DNA of 64,000 nt from Raillietiella orientalis (taxonomy: Eukaryota), in assembly GCA_036172245.1 (NCBI GenBank), contig JAYWIR010000001.1, positions 4,774,001 through 4,838,000 on the forward strand. The letters are read 5' to 3'. Position 1 is the first letter of the stretch; every line of letters starts with the position of its first letter. The position numbers were made by a program, and so were the translations under genes. This document shows, piece after piece, positions 62,603 through 64,000 of the stretch. The notes under the pieces were generated by a model. It ran no database searches and was not told where the DNA came from. It worked only from the letters and a program-made list of their open reading frames with translations.

Positions 62603-64000
62603 CCCTTCCCTCAAATGGTCAAAATATTCGAAAAACAGGAAAAGCACCAAACATTGGAAAGCATTTGAAAAATGGATAGCAGTCACTGTTTCCAGTTTCG
62701 TGTATAGGAGGACTCCTACGGCACTGATTTCGCTTTATAACCCAATGTCGAGCTTTTCAGAGAAATGGTCCTGCCAGACTACAAATCGGACTGCAAATTA
62801 TTTATGCTGTAGGTCCAGCCGCTGTGCTCAATAGAACGGCGCTTCATCAGGCAGAAGATTTCACCGGATTCGCTTCTTTTTGCAAAGGCCGATATACTAG
62901 GATACTAAGACATTACGTACTAAGATATACTAAGACAGTACTACTTTGAGGCGTCTGCTGCGCTTTTAGTGTTTCTTCGACCTTGAGGACTTTTTGGAAA
63001 GGCAGCTCCGCACTCTCGGGACGAGAGGATGACGAATGTGGAGCTGAATGTATGACGAATGACGAATTCCCCATCTAAATAAGATGCACCATTCATCTTT
63101 TGGAATTAAGGGTGTTCGGTTTTCCGTCTCAAGGAATGACGAAAAGAAATGATGCACTAGTCAAACAACAGAAGGATTGCCTATGGAGGTTGTTCGAGGA
63201 GAGGCATGAACTTCCTCCATAATGAAATTCATGGATCTTTACTTTAAGCAGCCTTGACACAGCCGGCTTCCCGGCTATGCCCATGGATCTTCTCAGTATT
63301 CATTATTTTAGTATTTGTTCCCAATAGAACACATGTTTACGGCCATAACCGCGCCACCTGAAATCGATGGCCAATGGAAAACACACGTGATAAGTCGCAT
63401 AAAGATCAGACGATCAGCAACACACGAAGCCATCAATGTGGTAACATTCAGAGGTAGATTTCATACTTTTCAGGATAAATGGAAAACACCAATAGAATGA
63501 AAGAATGATCATGAAATGGAGCATTGAAAATCTACGCCATGTAAGCAGACTATTTATATTTTGTCATCACGATCACATATGGACTTGTAATTTCTGATCA
63601 AGCGTAAGAAGTCTTTGCTGCTGCTCTCTTGACTTGGCAGTGGAGGAACCATCCCGGGAGACATCAAGTTTGGTGGTGGAGGGATGGTTAGAGTGACTGA
63701 CAAGCCATCAGAATTCGGCGGACCTCCCGTGCGTAACGAGACGAAAAGTCGTACAAGCCGAGCAGGTGGCGCTGGAAGCGTTTGGACGCTGTGAAGACAG
63801 GCGTCTGGAAAGAGAATTAGGGTAGAATGAACGTTTCAGAGGTATCATGTGGGGGACACAAGATCTGGCGCGCACGAGAAAGAACAAAATCATCTCGAGC
63901 TCGCATGAAATTCAGCGCATGTCCTTGCTTAGCGTGGATGTGCCCCTTATTGCAAGTCTCCGGGATCGAAGGAAGACCATATCCTGCGCCGGGCACTTGT

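Noticed and set aside
62890-62945. Short imperfect tandem (tactaaga-like units)
   Set aside because: A small slippage-type repeat with no evident function.

Overview
This is eukaryotic (metazoan, probably arthropod) genomic DNA, not prokaryotic, so most ORFs in the six-frame track are chance ORFs in GC-rich sequence. One intact gene is well supported: a five-exon headcase (hdc/HECA) orthologue on the + strand. Its CDS is 9801-10591, 10798-10894, 16735-16914, 17000-17185 and 17959-18111 (1407 nt, 468 aa), with phase-consistent GT-AG introns. It lies in a very GC/CpG-rich domain with an NRF1/GC-box/CRE motif cluster upstream and two AATAAA signals near 19.65-19.68 kb. The rest is largely decayed mobile DNA recognised by eye: non-LTR (LINE) EN/RT/RNase H remnants, a Gypsy-like integrase, P-element/THAP-like fragments, three copies of a tRNA-derived SINE-like repeat and a pogo/Tigger-like end. 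The top lead is a GC-rich stem-loop starting 2 nt after the hdc TGA stop, followed by 213 open in-frame codons, reminiscent of the programmed stop-codon readthrough of Drosophila hdc. The second is a near-identical ~0.94-kb inverted duplication of a decayed LINE tail bracketing ~22 kb. I found no convincing novel multi-gene system. TE calls rest on remembered motifs and need HMM confirmation.
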